57,564 bases of DNA from an uncultured Enterobacteriaceae bacterium (GCA_964638135.1 CAZXAR010000002.1:1-57564), one strand, 5' to 3'. Shown: positions 10,425 through 22,014, numbered from the stretch's first letter. Program-made: numbers and translations. The notes: a model not told the origin generated them from the sequence alone.

Positions 10425-10575
10425 GAGAGAATTTCTTGTGGGAATGCGGCAATGTACCCTTGTGCCGGTTCAGCCTTCAACCCCAGAGACGGATGAGCTC
10501 TCAGACCAGCGCCCGCAGATCCTCGAAGACGGATCAAGACAGCTTTGTAACGTACTGATCTAACGCAGACTTCTA

Positions 10576-11748
10576 ATGCTCATCGACTTCTTCCTGAAGC
10601 TGAAATCGCACAAGCTCCCGGTCTCGATCAAGGAGTACCTGACGCTGCTCGAAGCGATGGGCAAGGGCGTGATCGGGCCGTCGGTGGACGATTTCTATTA
10701 CCTCTCGCGCGCGACGCTGGTGAAGGACGAGGCGAACTACGACAAGTTCGACCGCGCGTTCGCCGAATTCTGGCAGGGCGTCGAAACCATCCCGGGAATC
10801 GAGACGCAGATCCCGCTCGAGTGGCTGCTGAAGCAGGTCGAGCTCACGCTCAGCGACGAGGAGAAGAAGCAGATCCAGGCGCTTGGCGGCTGGGAAAAGC
10901 TGATGGAGACGCTGCGAAAGAGGCTCGAAGAGCAGAAGGGCCGCCACCAGGGCGGCTCGAAATGGATCGGCACGGGCGGCACCTCGCCCTTCGGCGCCTA
11001 CGGCTACAACCCGGAGGGCATCCGCATCGGCCAGGACCGCTCGCGCAACCGCTCGGCAGTGAAGGTCTGGGACCAGCGCGAATACCAGAACCTGGACGAT
11101 TCGGTCGAACTCGGCACGCGCAACATCAAGGTGGCGCTGCGGCGCCTGCGCCGCTTTGCGCGCGAGGGTGCGCCGGACGAGTTCGACCTCGACGGCACGA
11201 TCGACGCCACCGCACGCAAAGCGTACCTCGACATCCACATGCGGCCCGAGCGCCGCAACACCGTCAAGGTGCTGATGTTCTTGGACATCGGCGGCACCAT
11301 GGACGACCACATCAAGCTCGCCGAGGAGCTGTTCTCGGCCTCGAAGACCGAGTTCAAGCACCTCGAGTTCTACTACTTCCACAACTGCCTGTACGACTTC
11401 GTGTGGAAGGACAACCGCCGGCGCCACACCGAGCGCACGCGCACCTGGGACATCCTGCACAAGTACGGGCATGACTACAAGGTGATCTTCGTCGGCGACG
11501 CGACGATGAGCCCCTACGAAATATTGCAGCCGGGGGGCAGCATCGAATACTTCAACGAGGAAGCAGGCGCGGTCTGGGTCAAGCGGGTGACCGACATCTA
11601 CGCCAAGTGCATCTGGCTCAATCCCGAGCCGGAGGAGATCTGGCCCTACCGCCAGTCGATCCAGGTGATCAAGGAGCTGATGGCGAACCGCATGTATCCG
11701 ACCACGCTCGCGGGCCTGGAGCGCGCCATGCGGGCGCTGGTGAAGTAG
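10576..11748 (+). CDS. CoxE-type VWA domain protein (MoxR partner type)
   Basis: The N-terminus MLIDFFLKLKSHKLPVSIKEYLTLLEAM is typical of the VWA_CoxE family. The strand VLMFLDIGGTMD lies at the MIDAS position. Confidence 0.8.
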   Translation: MLIDFFLKLKSHKLPVSIKEYLTLLEAMGKGVIGPSVDDFYYLSRATLVKDEANYDKFDRAFAEFWQGVETIPGIETQIPLEWLLKQVELTLSDEEKKQIQALGGWEKLMETLRKRLEEQKGRHQGGSKWIGTGGTSPFGAYGYNPEGIRIGQDRSRNRSAVKVWDQREYQNLDDSVELGTRNIKVALRRLRRFAREGAPDEFDLDGTIDATARKAYLDIHMRPERRNTVKVLMFLDIGGTMDDHIKLAEELFSASKTEFKHLEFYYFHNCLYDFVWKDNRRRHTERTRTWDILHKYGHDYKVIFVGDATMSPYEILQPGGSIEYFNEEAGAVWVKRVTDIYAKCIWLNPEPEEIWPYRQSIQVIKELMANRMYPTTLAGLERAMRALVK

Positions 11749-11759
11749 CGGTCCCGCCT

Positions 11760-13133
11760 CTACGCGAGCAGCTCGCGGAGCGCGCGCCGGAATGCGGCCC
11801 CGGCTTCGTCCTGCCGCGTGTGGCGCCCTTCGCGCACCACCCAGGTTCCACCGACCATCACATCGCGTACCAGGTTTTCGCCGCCCGAGAAGATGAAGGC
11901 ATTTGCGATGCCGTCGGCGGAGTGCGCTTCGAGATCGACGTGCGCGCCGTCCAGCACCACAAGGTCGGCGCGCAGCCCCGCGGCGAGCGCCCCTGCCCGT
12001 CGTCCGAGCGCCCATGCGCCACCCGCGGCCGCCTCGAGCCAGAGCGTCGTGCCCACGGCGCGCGTGCGCTCCCCGACAACGAGGTTGCGGCGCTGCGCGG
12101 CCAGCCGTTGAACGTATTCGAGCAGGCGCAGTTCCTCGACCGGGCTGCGCGAGACGTGGCTGTCGCCGCCGATGCCGTAGCGACCGCCTGCAGCCCGGTA
12201 GTCCTGCAGCGGAAATATTCCGTCGCCGAGATTCGCTTCGGTGCTCGGGCACAGGCCGGCCACCGCCCCGGAATGCGCGAGCCCCTCGGTCTCCCGCCTG
12301 CTCATGTGGGTCGCGTGCACGATGCACCAGCGCTCGCCGATTTCGCCGGACCCGAGCAGCCATTCGACGGGCCGCTTCACGCTCCAGGCAACGCAGTCCT
12401 CGACCTCCCTTTGCTGCTCGGCGGCGTGGATGTGGATCGGTACGGTTTCGCCGAGCGCGCGGCTCCCTGCGACCAGCTCCGAGAGTCCGGCCGGATCCAC
12501 GGCGCGCAGCGAATGCGGCGCGACCCCGACGCCAAAGTCGGGATTGCCGCCGGCGGCGCCTTTCACGGTCTCGGCGATGCGCAGGATCGTGGCCGGGTCG
12601 CTGCGGAACCGCGCCTGCTGCGGCAACAAAGCCCGCCTGCCGAAATTCGAATGCGCGTAGAGCGAAGGCAGGCAGGTGAACGCGATCCCCGTGTCGCGCG
12701 CCGCCTCGAGGTGCCTGAGCGCAAGCTCTGCGGGCTGCGCATACGCCGAACCATCGGGCGCATTGTGGAGGTAATGGAATTCGGCGACTGCGCTGTAGCC
12801 GCTTCTGAGCATCTCGACATACAGGTGCCGCGCAATGGCGCAGGCCTGATCCGGCGTGAGGCGCGCGACGAACCGATACATCAGTTCGCGCCAGGTCCAG
12901 AAGTCGTCCTCGCCGGCGCCGCGCACCTCGGTCAGGCCCGCCATCGCCCGCTGGAACGCGTGCGAATGAAGGTTCGACATGCCGGGAAGCGCGGGGCCGG
13001 CAAGCCGCTCGGCGCCCGCGGGCGAAGCGTCCGGCGCGACCGACGCGAAGGCGCCGTTCGCGGCGACGGAAATGCGCACGTTGCGCGCCCAGCCCCCGCC
13101 GAGCAGCGCCTCGTCCGCGAAGTAGGTCTTCAT
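11760..13133 (-). CDS. hutF: Formimidoylglutamate deiminase
   Basis: 457 aa amidohydrolase. [20 protein letters not shown] metal-binding motif, in hut gene context. Confidence 0.85.
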   Translation of the reverse strand: MKTYFADEALLGGGWARNVRISVAANGAFASVAPDASPAGAERLAGPALPGMSNLHSHAFQRAMAGLTEVRGAGEDDFWTWRELMYRFVARLTPDQACAIARHLYVEMLRSGYSAVAEFHYLHNAPDGSAYAQPAELALRHLEAARDTGIAFTCLPSLYAHSNFGRRALLPQQARFRSDPATILRIAETVKGAAGGNPDFGVGVAPHSLRAVDPAGLSELVAGSRALGETVPIHIHAAEQQREVEDCVAWSVKRPVEWLLGSGEIGERWCIVHATHMSRRETEGLAHSGAVAGLCPSTEANLGDGIFPLQDYRAAGGRYGIGGDSHVSRSPVEELRLLEYVQRLAAQRRNLVVGERTRAVGTTLWLEAAAGGAWALGRRAGALAAGLRADLVVLDGAHVDLEAHSADGIANAFIFSGGENLVRDVMVGGTWVVREGRHTRQDEAGAAFRRALRELLA

Positions 13134-13152
13134 GCGTTGTTATGATAGCCGC

Positions 13153-14361
13153 ATGCACGATGCGGTCTGGCTGAACTGCAACCTGGCGACGCTGCGCGAG
13201 GGCGGCGCGCCGTACGGCGCGATCCGGGACGGCGCACTCGCGGTGCAAGGCGGGAGGATCGCCTGGGCGGGAGCGAGGCGCGAGTGGCGCGGGGGCGCGC
13301 GCGCCGAGCACGATGCGCGCGGTGCCTGGATCACACCGGGACTGATCGATTGCCACACCCACCTCGTGTACGCCGGGAACCGCGCAAGCGAATTCGAGCT
13401 TCGCCTGCAGGGCAAAAGCTACGAGGAGATTGCCCGGGCGGGAGGCGGCATCCACGCCACCGTGCGCGCGACGCGGGAAGCGTCCGAAACCGCGATTGTG
13501 GCAAGTGCAGCGAGGCGATTGCGGCAGTGGCCGGCCGAGGGCGTCACGGTGGTCGAGATCAAGTCCGGCTATGGCCTGGACCGCGCCTCCGAACTGAAGC
13601 TCCTGCGCGCGGCGCGTCAAGCCGGTGAACAGGCGCAGGTGACAGTGAAGGCCACGTTTCTCGGCGCGCACGCGGTTCCCGAGGAGTACCGGGACCGCGC
13701 CGAGGACTACGTTTCGCTGCTCTGCGAAGACCTGATGCCCGCGGCTGCACCGCTGTGCGACGCGGTCGACGCGTTCTGCGAGGCAATCGCGTTTACCGCC
13801 AGGCAAACGGCGCGTGTATTCGCGGCGGCGAAAAAGCACGCGCTGCCGGTGAAGCTGCACGCCGACCAGCTCTCCGATTGCGGCGGCGCGCAGCTCGCAG
13901 CGCAGTACGGCGCGCTCTCGGCCGACCATCTGGAATATTCGAACGAAGCCGGCATCGAGGCGATGGGCCGCGCCGGCACGGTCGCCGTGCTGCTGCCGGG
14001 CGCGTTCTATTTCCTGCGCCAGGCGCAGCGCCCGCCGGTTCGCGCGCTGCGCCGCCACCGCGTACCGATCGCGCTCGCCACCGACCACAACCCGGGCTCC
14101 TCGCCGCAGACTTCGCTCCTGCTCGCGATGAACATGGGCTGCACGCTGTTCGACCTCACGCCCGAGGAAGCGCTCGCCGGCGTGACGCGCAACGGCGCGC
14201 GCGCGCTCGGGATGCAGGCCACGCACGGCACGCTCGAGCCCGGCAAGCAGGCCGATCTTGCGCTGTGGGAGATCGATGCGCCGGCCGAGCTCGCCTACGC
14301 GATCGGGGCTAATCCCTGCGTCGCACGCGTCCGAGCCGGAAATGTGTCGGGCGGGTGTTAA
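13153..14361 (+). CDS. hutI: Imidazolonepropionase
   Basis: [42 protein letters not shown] 13153 was chosen; an in-frame ATG at 13132 overlaps the hutF start codon. Confidence 0.9.
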   Translation: MHDAVWLNCNLATLREGGAPYGAIRDGALAVQGGRIAWAGARREWRGGARAEHDARGAWITPGLIDCHTHLVYAGNRASEFELRLQGKSYEEIARAGGGIHATVRATREASETAIVASAARRLRQWPAEGVTVVEIKSGYGLDRASELKLLRAARQAGEQAQVTVKATFLGAHAVPEEYRDRAEDYVSLLCEDLMPAAAPLCDAVDAFCEAIAFTARQTARVFAAAKKHALPVKLHADQLSDCGGAQLAAQYGALSADHLEYSNEAGIEAMGRAGTVAVLLPGAFYFLRQAQRPPVRALRRHRVPIALATDHNPGSSPQTSLLLAMNMGCTLFDLTPEEALAGVTRNGARALGMQATHGTLEPGKQADLALWEIDAPAELAYAIGANPCVARVRAGNVSGGC

Positions 14362-14687
14362 AGTCTGGACCGTTGTCGCTTGACGGAAGAAACGGCCGGT
14401 TTCGACCCCTATGTATAGATCTCAACTATGCGTAGTTGTGTTGGGAAGAATAACGCCGTCCCCTGCGGCGCGGCGGATCAGGAGCCGGCGCGTTCTTTAC
14501 ATAGTTACAGGGTCTGCAAGAACCGCATGAGCGCGTCCGGCGCCCGAAACCGCTGCACCCTGGTGTCGGGTGCTTCCAGGCGTGCGAGGGCCTTCTCCTT
14601 CATCGCGATGTCTGCCTGAACGTAGCGTGTGCTCGAGGTACGGGCGCAGCATGTGACGCGGTGCGGCGTCCCCCACGGGGCCTGCAA

Positions 14688-16199
14688 TCAGTTCTTGCTA
14701 GTCGCACTGTGGCGAAAGGCCTTGTTGACCACTTCTTCCGCGCGCCTGACCTCGGCGTCGGTCATCCATTCGAAGTGTGATTGTCGTTTGTTCTTCGAGA
14801 GAGATCCCTTGTTCTGGTGAACGAGGCGGATGAACAGATCGAGAGCATGCGCGGGCCAGTCCAGCTCTGCCTTGAGCGCGCCATACGCCTTGTCGAACCC
14901 GAGTAGGAAGGAGATCTCCTTCTCCAGGTCGTGCGTGATCGTGCGTTCAAGCGCCCAGAACAGAAAGGAAGCCTGGTCGGTGGCGTCGAAATAGCGAAAG
15001 TAGAGCGCGTCGTTTCCCTTCGCCGGAATCTTCGGCGTGCCCGGATCGTATTCCGTGCGTGCACGCATCGGCCTCGAGAATCGCTCGAGGGCGTGAACGT
15101 ATTCGTCCAGATTGGCCAGGATTACGGCAGAAACGGGGAGAACGATTCCTTTGGGCGTGAAACCGCTCATGGAAAGTGCGTCATGGATCAGAAATCGGTG
15201 CAACCGGCCGTTCCCGTCCATGAACGGATGGATGAACACGAAACCAAAGGCCAATACTGCCGCCGCGACCACCGGATCGAGGTTGTCCGGCCTGGCTCTA
15301 AGGGCTTCCGAGAACGCGACGAGCCCGTCCATCAGGTCGCGTACATCCTCCGGGCGGGGAGGCACGAAATCGATCTTCTTGCGATAGCCGAGGTCCTGCC
15401 CGACCCAGTTTTGCGCCATTCGATATGAGCCTTCGTGAAAACGCGCGTCTAGGACCGCGTTCTGGACCTGTACGAACCGTTCCTCCGAAAGCGGGATGCC
15501 GAGTTCGGATTCCCTCAGCAAGTCTGCGAATCGTTTTGCGCGATCGGGACTCGGCTTTTCGCGTTCCACTTCGAACGAAGAATGTGTCTCCTTGAGATAC
15601 AGGAACGCAGCCGCCCGGCGGAGCAGGTCCGCGTCGTACTTCGCGATCGTGTCATGGGTGCCCTTCGTCAGATTCTTCTGAATCATCGCCTTCAATGAAT
15701 CGGTCTTGCGCACCAGCGGGCAGAAGCGTCGATTCCCGGGAAGATTGTCGATTACCCGGAACTTCCCATTTCTGGGCCCGTCTGCAAATGCGAATTGCAG
15801 GGTGTCATCGACCACTCGGACATACGAGGCTCTTGGTGCAACTTTCGCATCGATCTGGTCACCTGTTAGCCACTCGTACAGATAGCCAATACGCCGGGCG
15901 AAACTCGATTCAGGCTTATCGGCAAGATTTCTTTCTATCTCCGCTCGGCCTGTCTTTGTGAATAAGAGCGCGAGCACTTCCAGATTGAGCCCTTCGTAGC
16001 GAAGGGCGAATTGGAGGTTGCCAATCAGGGTTGGGGCGGGCCTGTAAGTAGTCTGAAACTGCAGCAGCTGTAGTTCGCCGTTTTCGGTTGCTTCCCTGCC
16101 TCGGACGGCCGAGTCGATTACAGCCATCGTGGCGGGCTGGCGGGCCGGCAACTGGTAGCGCTCGACGAGGTTTGCGTAGCCAGCGAGTTCTCGTGCCAT
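14688..16199 (-). CDS. Fic/DOC family protein (503 aa) with a long N-terminal extension
   Basis: Canonical Fic motif HPFMDGNGRLHR. A Fic_N-like segment (LYLKETHSSFEVEREKPS) lies upstream of it. An AGAGG RBS precedes ATG 16199. Confidence 0.85.
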   Translation of the reverse strand: MARELAGYANLVERYQLPARQPATMAVIDSAVRGREATENGELQLLQFQTTYRPAPTLIGNLQFALRYEGLNLEVLALLFTKTGRAEIERNLADKPESSFARRIGYLYEWLTGDQIDAKVAPRASYVRVVDDTLQFAFADGPRNGKFRVIDNLPGNRRFCPLVRKTDSLKAMIQKNLTKGTHDTIAKYDADLLRRAAAFLYLKETHSSFEVEREKPSPDRAKRFADLLRESELGIPLSEERFVQVQNAVLDARFHEGSYRMAQNWVGQDLGYRKKIDFVPPRPEDVRDLMDGLVAFSEALRARPDNLDPVVAAAVLAFGFVFIHPFMDGNGRLHRFLIHDALSMSGFTPKGIVLPVSAVILANLDEYVHALERFSRPMRARTEYDPGTPKIPAKGNDALYFRYFDATDQASFLFWALERTITHDLEKEISFLLGFDKAYGALKAELDWPAHALDLFIRLVHQNKGSLSKNKRQSHFEWMTDAEVRRAEEVVNKAFRHSATSKN

Positions 16200-16258
16200 A
16201 GAGCCTCTATAAGACGCCTGGTGATTCCACAGTTCTCCTGGGTATCTGAATCTTATCT

Positions 16259-16311
16259 AAAAAACGGCCGCGATGCTATTTATGGATTAATAATAAATTT
16301 GCGGCCGTTTT
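16259..16311. repeat. 11-bp perfect inverted repeat flanking a 29-nt A+T-rich spacer, between the hutG stop and the fic start
   Basis: AAAACGGCCGC (16261-16271) pairs with GCGGCCGTTTT (16301-16311). Read on the minus strand the second arm is followed by TTTTTT. It could be the hutUHG terminator and/or a fic operator/promoter. Confidence 0.6.
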
Positions 16312-16463
16312 ATGGAAGCACCAGGCAGCTTTTAGAGATAGGGGCGCAGGGGGCTGGACGGAATCGCGGTACGGCGGTCAACGCGACTCGAAAACAGGGA
16401 TATCACGCGAGTGACCGGCCGTGGCCGATAACGGGCATGCTCGCCTGGCGCCGCGTGGTCAAA

Positions 16464-17261
16464 CTAGACGCTCGAGCGCAACTTACCGCCGATGAGGAGA
16501 AAGAGCTCGAGCAACGTCCTGAGCTGCGGCCGCAGCCTGCGGGCGAGCTCGTCGCGGAAAGCATAGGGCGGCCGCTCGTCCATGTAGGTGGCCTCCGAAA
16601 GCTCGAGCTGTACGGCGTGCACGCCGTTGGCCGGGTCGCCGTATTGGCGGGTGATGTAGCCGCCCTTAAAGCGGCCGTTGAGCACGGCGCTATGGCCTTC
16701 GACCGACTTGAGGAGGGCCTCGCCCAGCCCCGGGGCGCAGGATCGGCCTTCGGCGGTGCCCAGGTTCAGGTCGGGGAGCTTGCCCGGGAAGAAGCGCGGC
16801 AGCTCGGAGAGGATCGAGTGCGCGTCCCAGAGGAGCGCGTAGCCGTGCGCGCGCTTCAGGCGCTCGAGCTCCTGCCCGAGTTTCGCGTGATAGGGCTGCC
16901 AGTACTGCTCGATGCGCGAGCGCACTTCATCCTGCGAGGGCGCGAAGCCGGAGAGGTAGAGCGGCTCGCGGTAAAAGGTGTCGAGCGGCACGATGCCGGT
17001 CGTGTCCTGCCCGGGATAGAGATTGGCGTCGTCGGGCGGGCGGTTGAGGTCGACGACGTAGCGCGAATGCGTGGCGACGAGCACCGAGGCGCCGAGCGCG
17101 TCGAGAAAATCGTAGAGCCGCTCCAGGTGCCAGTCGGTGTCGGGCAGGGGCTTCGCCGCGCTCGCGAGGCGCGGCGCGAGCCAGTCGGGCACGTGCGTGC
17201 CTGCGTGCGGCATCGAGACGAGGAGGGGCGTGCGGCCTTCGCGAAAGCGATAGAGCTCCAT
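16464..17261 (-). CDS. hutG: N-formylglutamate amidohydrolase
   Basis: 265 aa. LLVSMPHAGTHVP, HSRYVVDLNRPP, LLWDAHS, GGYITRQYG (FGase family). The start was re-picked at 17261. Confidence 0.85.
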   Translation of the reverse strand: MELYRFREGRTPLLVSMPHAGTHVPDWLAPRLASAAKPLPDTDWHLERLYDFLDALGASVLVATHSRYVVDLNRPPDDANLYPGQDTTGIVPLDTFYREPLYLSGFAPSQDEVRSRIEQYWQPYHAKLGQELERLKRAHGYALLWDAHSILSELPRFFPGKLPDLNLGTAEGRSCAPGLGEALLKSVEGHSAVLNGRFKGGYITRQYGDPANGVHAVQLELSEATYMDERPPYAFRDELARRLRPQLRTLLELFLLIGGKLRSSV

Positions 17262-17412
17262 CACGCGCGAGCCCACGAGCGATTGCGCCCTCTTGATCGT
17301 GCTACGCGCTCGGGGCGGCGACCGGCGGGCGCACGCCCTGCCGCGCCGCGCGCCGTGCGAGGCGCGTATCGAAGCTGACGAACTTCCCGGCGCACGTTCG
17401 TGTCCTCGCCGA

Positions 17413-17700
17413 TCACGCGTGCCTCCGGGTCTTGCGCTTCGTTCGCTCGTCTTCGGCGAGCACGATCGCCGCGATTGCAGCCTGCTCCCGCGCCGCGGGG
17501 AGCTTGCGTCCCCGGTGCGAGAGCATCCCCGCGATCGCCCGCACCTGCGCCGCCCGGTCGGTCTTCCTCGGGCGCGCGACGAACCCCTCGCCGGGCAGCA
17601 GCTCCACGGCGAGCCCGGCCCCCCTGCCCAGTCCGAGCGCCTGTCGGACACGCCTCGGGATGATCATCTGGCCCTTGCTCGATACGCGGGCGTTTTCCAT
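17413..17700 (-). CDS. AbrB/SpoVT (MazE-like) DNA-binding domain protein, no cognate toxin gene
   Basis: MENARVSSKGQMIIPRRVRQALGL is the swapped-hairpin SpoVT-AbrB signature. 95 aa. It lies between hutH and hutG. Confidence 0.6.
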   Translation of the reverse strand: MENARVSSKGQMIIPRRVRQALGLGRGAGLAVELLPGEGFVARPRKTDRAAQVRAIAGMLSHRGRKLPAAREQAAIAAIVLAEDERTKRKTRRHA

Positions 17701-17760
17701 CGCCGGCCGCCCAATTCCTAAGACGAGACGGCAAGACAATGCCGCCGCGGTCGCCCGAGG

Positions 17761-19298
17761 TCAACCCGGGCGCGCCTCGTCCGAGGGCAAGAGCCCCGGA
17801 ACGAAGCGCCGGAACGCGCCGGCCTCCACGAGCGCCCGGATCGCCCCGATGTCAGGCGCGAAATAGCGATCGTGGTCATAGAAGGGCACGCGCTCGCGCA
17901 CCAGCGCATGCGCCTGCGCGAGCAGCGGCGAAGTCCTGAGCGGCGCGCGGAAGTCGATCCCCTGCGCCGCCGCGAGCAGCTCGATCGCCACGATGCCCGC
18001 CGTGTTCCCGCCCATCTCGCCGAGGCGCCGCGCCGCGAACGTCGCCATGCTCACATGATCCTCCTGGTTGGCGGAGGTCGGCAGGCTGTCCACGCTCGCC
18101 GGATGCGCGAGCGACTTGTTCTCGCTCGCGAGCGCGGCCGCGGTGACCTGCGCGACCATGAAACCGGAATTCACCCCGCCGTGCTCGACCAGGAACGGCG
18201 GCAGCCCGGACAGGCTCGCGTCGATCAGCAGCGCGATGCGGCGCTCGGAGAGCGCTCCGATTTCGGCAATCGCGACGGCGAGCGCGTCCGCGGCGAGCGC
18301 GATCGGCTCAGCGTGGAAATTGCCGCCGGAGACGAGTTCTCCGCGATCGGCGAAGACGAGCGGATTGTCGGTGACCGCGTTGGCCTCGGTTTCGAACACG
18401 CCGCCCGCGTAGCGCATCTGTTCCAGGCACGCGCCCATGACCTGCGGCTGGCAGCGCAGGCTGTACGGGTCCTGCACGCGCGGATCGTCTTCCAGGTGCG
18501 AGCGCCGGATCTCGCTCTGCGCGAGCAGCCGCGCATAGTGCGCGGCCACCTCGCGCTGCCCCGCGTGCCCGCGCAGCGCGTGGATGCGCTCATCGAATGG
18601 CGCATCGCTGCCCGCCGCGGCATCGACGGAAAGGCTCCCGGCGACGACCGCAGCGGCGAACGCGTCCTCCGCGGCGAAAAGCCCGATCAGCGCGAGAGCG
18701 GTGGAGACCTGCGTGCCGTTGAGGAGCGCCAGACCCTCCTTGGGGGCGAGCCGGATCGGCGCAAGCCCCGCCTTGCGCAGCGCCGTGTCCGCCGGAACAA
18801 TCTCGCCGCCGGCGCGCACGTTGCCGAGCCCGAGCATGGCGAGCGCGAGATGCGCCAGGGGCGCAAGGTCGCCCGAGGCGCCGACCGACCCCTTGGCCGG
18901 AATGACCGGATAGATGCCGGCGTTGTAGAGCGCGACCAGCGAATCCACCAGGCGCGGTGTGACGCCGGAAGCCCCCGGGGCGAGACTCATGATCTTGAGC
19001 GCGAGGACAAGGCGTGTTGCGGCGTCGTCCAGCGCCGGTCCGGTTCCGGCCGCATGCGAGAGCACGATGTTGGTCTGCAGCCGCTCCAGTTCTTCGGCCG
19101 GGATTCGCGTCTGCGACAGCCTGCCGAATCCGGTGTTGACTCCGTACGCCGGCTTGCCCGAGGCGACGATGCGCTCGATCGCCGCGGCGCCCGCGCGCAA
19201 CTGCGGCAGGCAGGCCGGGTCCAGCGCGATCGGCGGCGCTTCGCGCGCGATCGCGCGCAACTGCGCGAGGGAAAGAGGGCGCTTCCCCAGGAGCAGCG

Positions 19299-19302
<4 letters not shown>
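17761..19302 (-). CDS. hutH: Histidine ammonia-lyase
   Basis: 513 aa. MIO-forming [26 protein letters not shown]. Its start overlaps the hutU stop. Confidence 0.9.
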
Positions 19303-20969
<1,667 letters not shown>

Positions 20970-21012
20970 GGCTGGAATAATATGCTGGCGCAATCCCTCA
21001 CGGAAGCAAGCG

Positions 21013-22014
21013 GTGCCCGAGCTTTACCTGCACTACCTCAATTGCCCCGACGTCGAGGCGCTCGCCCTGACCGACCGGGAGATCCTCGACTCGATCGAGG
21101 CCGCCCTGCTCGCCCAGGGGCGCGGCCAAACGGTGATCGAGCCGCGAACGCACCTCGTTCCGGAAAAGGACTTCCCCGGGCATTTCAACGTGCTGCGCGG
21201 CTATGTGCGGCCGCTCGTGCTCGCCGGCGTCAAGGTAGTGGGCGACTATTACCGCAATCACGAAATCGGCCTGCCCTCCGAGCTCGCGCTCCTCAACCTG
21301 TTCGATCCGAGGACCGGGGCGCCGGTCGCGGTGATCGACGCTTCCGCGATCACCGACATGCGGACCGGAGCGGTGACGGCGATCGGCGCCTGGCACCTTG
21401 CCCGCAGGGACGCAAAGGTGCTGGCACACATCGGTGCGCGCGGCACCGCGTACTGGAACGTGCGGCTGCTCGATTCGCTGTTTCGCTTCGACGAAATCCG
21501 CGTCCACTCGCGCCGGCCCGAAAGCCGCGGCGCGTTCGCCGCCCGCCTCGAGCGAGACCTCGGCAGGAAGATCGTCGTGGCCGAGGACTGGGAATCGTGC
21601 GTGCGCGGCGCCGACATCGTGGTGGAAGCTTCGCGCCTGGAACGACCCGAGCCGCTGCTCAAGACCGCCTGGATCAAGCAGGGCGCCTGCGTGATTCCGT
21701 ACGGAACGATGAGCGCGGTGGAGCTTTCGCTCACCGACATCATGGACAACATCGTAGTGGACGACTGGGGACAGGCGCGCGCCGGACCGTTCGGCGCGCT
21801 GCGCGCGCACGTGGACACCGGGCGCCTTTCGGAGAAGAACCTGCACGCCGAGCTCGGTCAGATCGTGGCGGGATTGAAGCCCGGTCGCGAGCGCGACGAG
21901 GAAACGAACCTTTTCTGGCACCGTGGAATGTCGCTTTCGGACATCGCACTCGGTGCGGCGCTGCTGGACAAGGCAAGGCGCCTCGGCATCGGCCAGAGGC
22001 TGCGATTCCGGTGA
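21013..22014 (+). CDS. Ornithine cyclodeaminase/mu-crystallin family protein
   Basis: [31 protein letters not shown]ossmann region, and C-terminal [10 protein letters not shown]. The start is uncertain: GTG 21013 was chosen, and an in-frame ATG at 20968 would overlap the hutU ATG. Confidence 0.7.
   Translation: MPELYLHYLNCPDVEALALTDREILDSIEAALLAQGRGQTVIEPRTHLVPEKDFPGHFNVLRGYVRPLVLAGVKVVGDYYRNHEIGLPSELALLNLFDPRTGAPVAVIDASAITDMRTGAVTAIGAWHLARRDAKVLAHIGARGTAYWNVRLLDSLFRFDEIRVHSRRPESRGAFAARLERDLGRKIVVAEDWESCVRGADIVVEASRLERPEPLLKTAWIKQGACVIPYGTMSAVELSLTDIMDNIVVDDWGQARAGPFGALRAHVDTGRLSEKNLHAELGQIVAGLKPGRERDEETNLFWHRGMSLSDIALGAALLDKARRLGIGQRLRFR

Larger units (their letters stand above)
14362..16463. 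mobile_element. Lower-G+C islet of ~2.1 kb inserted between convergent hutI and hutG, carrying a Fic gene; no intact mobility gene
   Basis: Base composition is visibly more A+T-rich than both flanks. It interrupts an otherwise contiguous hut locus. The motif AAACGGCCG occurs at both borders (14390-14398, 16262-16270, and inverted at 16302-16310). A possible degenerate recombinase C-terminal remnant lies at 14505-14687 (weak). Confidence 0.45.

Noticed and set aside
10487-10534. Direct repeat AGACGGAT (10487-10494, 10527-10534) in the divergent region between the secreted-protein gene and the VWA gene
   Set aside because: This is a single 8-mer pair at 40-bp spacing with no palindromic structure or flanking promoter elements I can anchor. 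It is too weak to call a binding site.
10573-14226. 1217-aa ORF on the minus strand spanning the VWA, hutF and hutI genes
   Set aside because: It is antisense or out of frame to three well-supported genes. Its translation is Arg/Ala/Gly-rich low complexity, typical of spurious open frames in high-G+C DNA.
14398-14410. GGTTTCGACCCC, resembling a tRNA T-arm, as a possible att site
   Set aside because: No acceptor or anticodon arms can be folded around it and no tRNA gene is nearby. It overlaps the small hairpin after hutI.
14505-14687. 60-aa ORF abutting the Fic stop; possible tyrosine-recombinase C-terminal remnant
   Set aside because: The resemblance (…RTSSTRYVQ…ALARLE) is too short and degenerate to call a pseudogene without a homology search. 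It is mentioned only as a hypothesis in the islet finding.
16221-17378. 385-aa plus-strand ORF starting in the islet border and running antisense through hutG
   Set aside because: No recognisable motifs, and it is antisense to a well-supported FGase gene. It begins in A+T-rich non-coding DNA.
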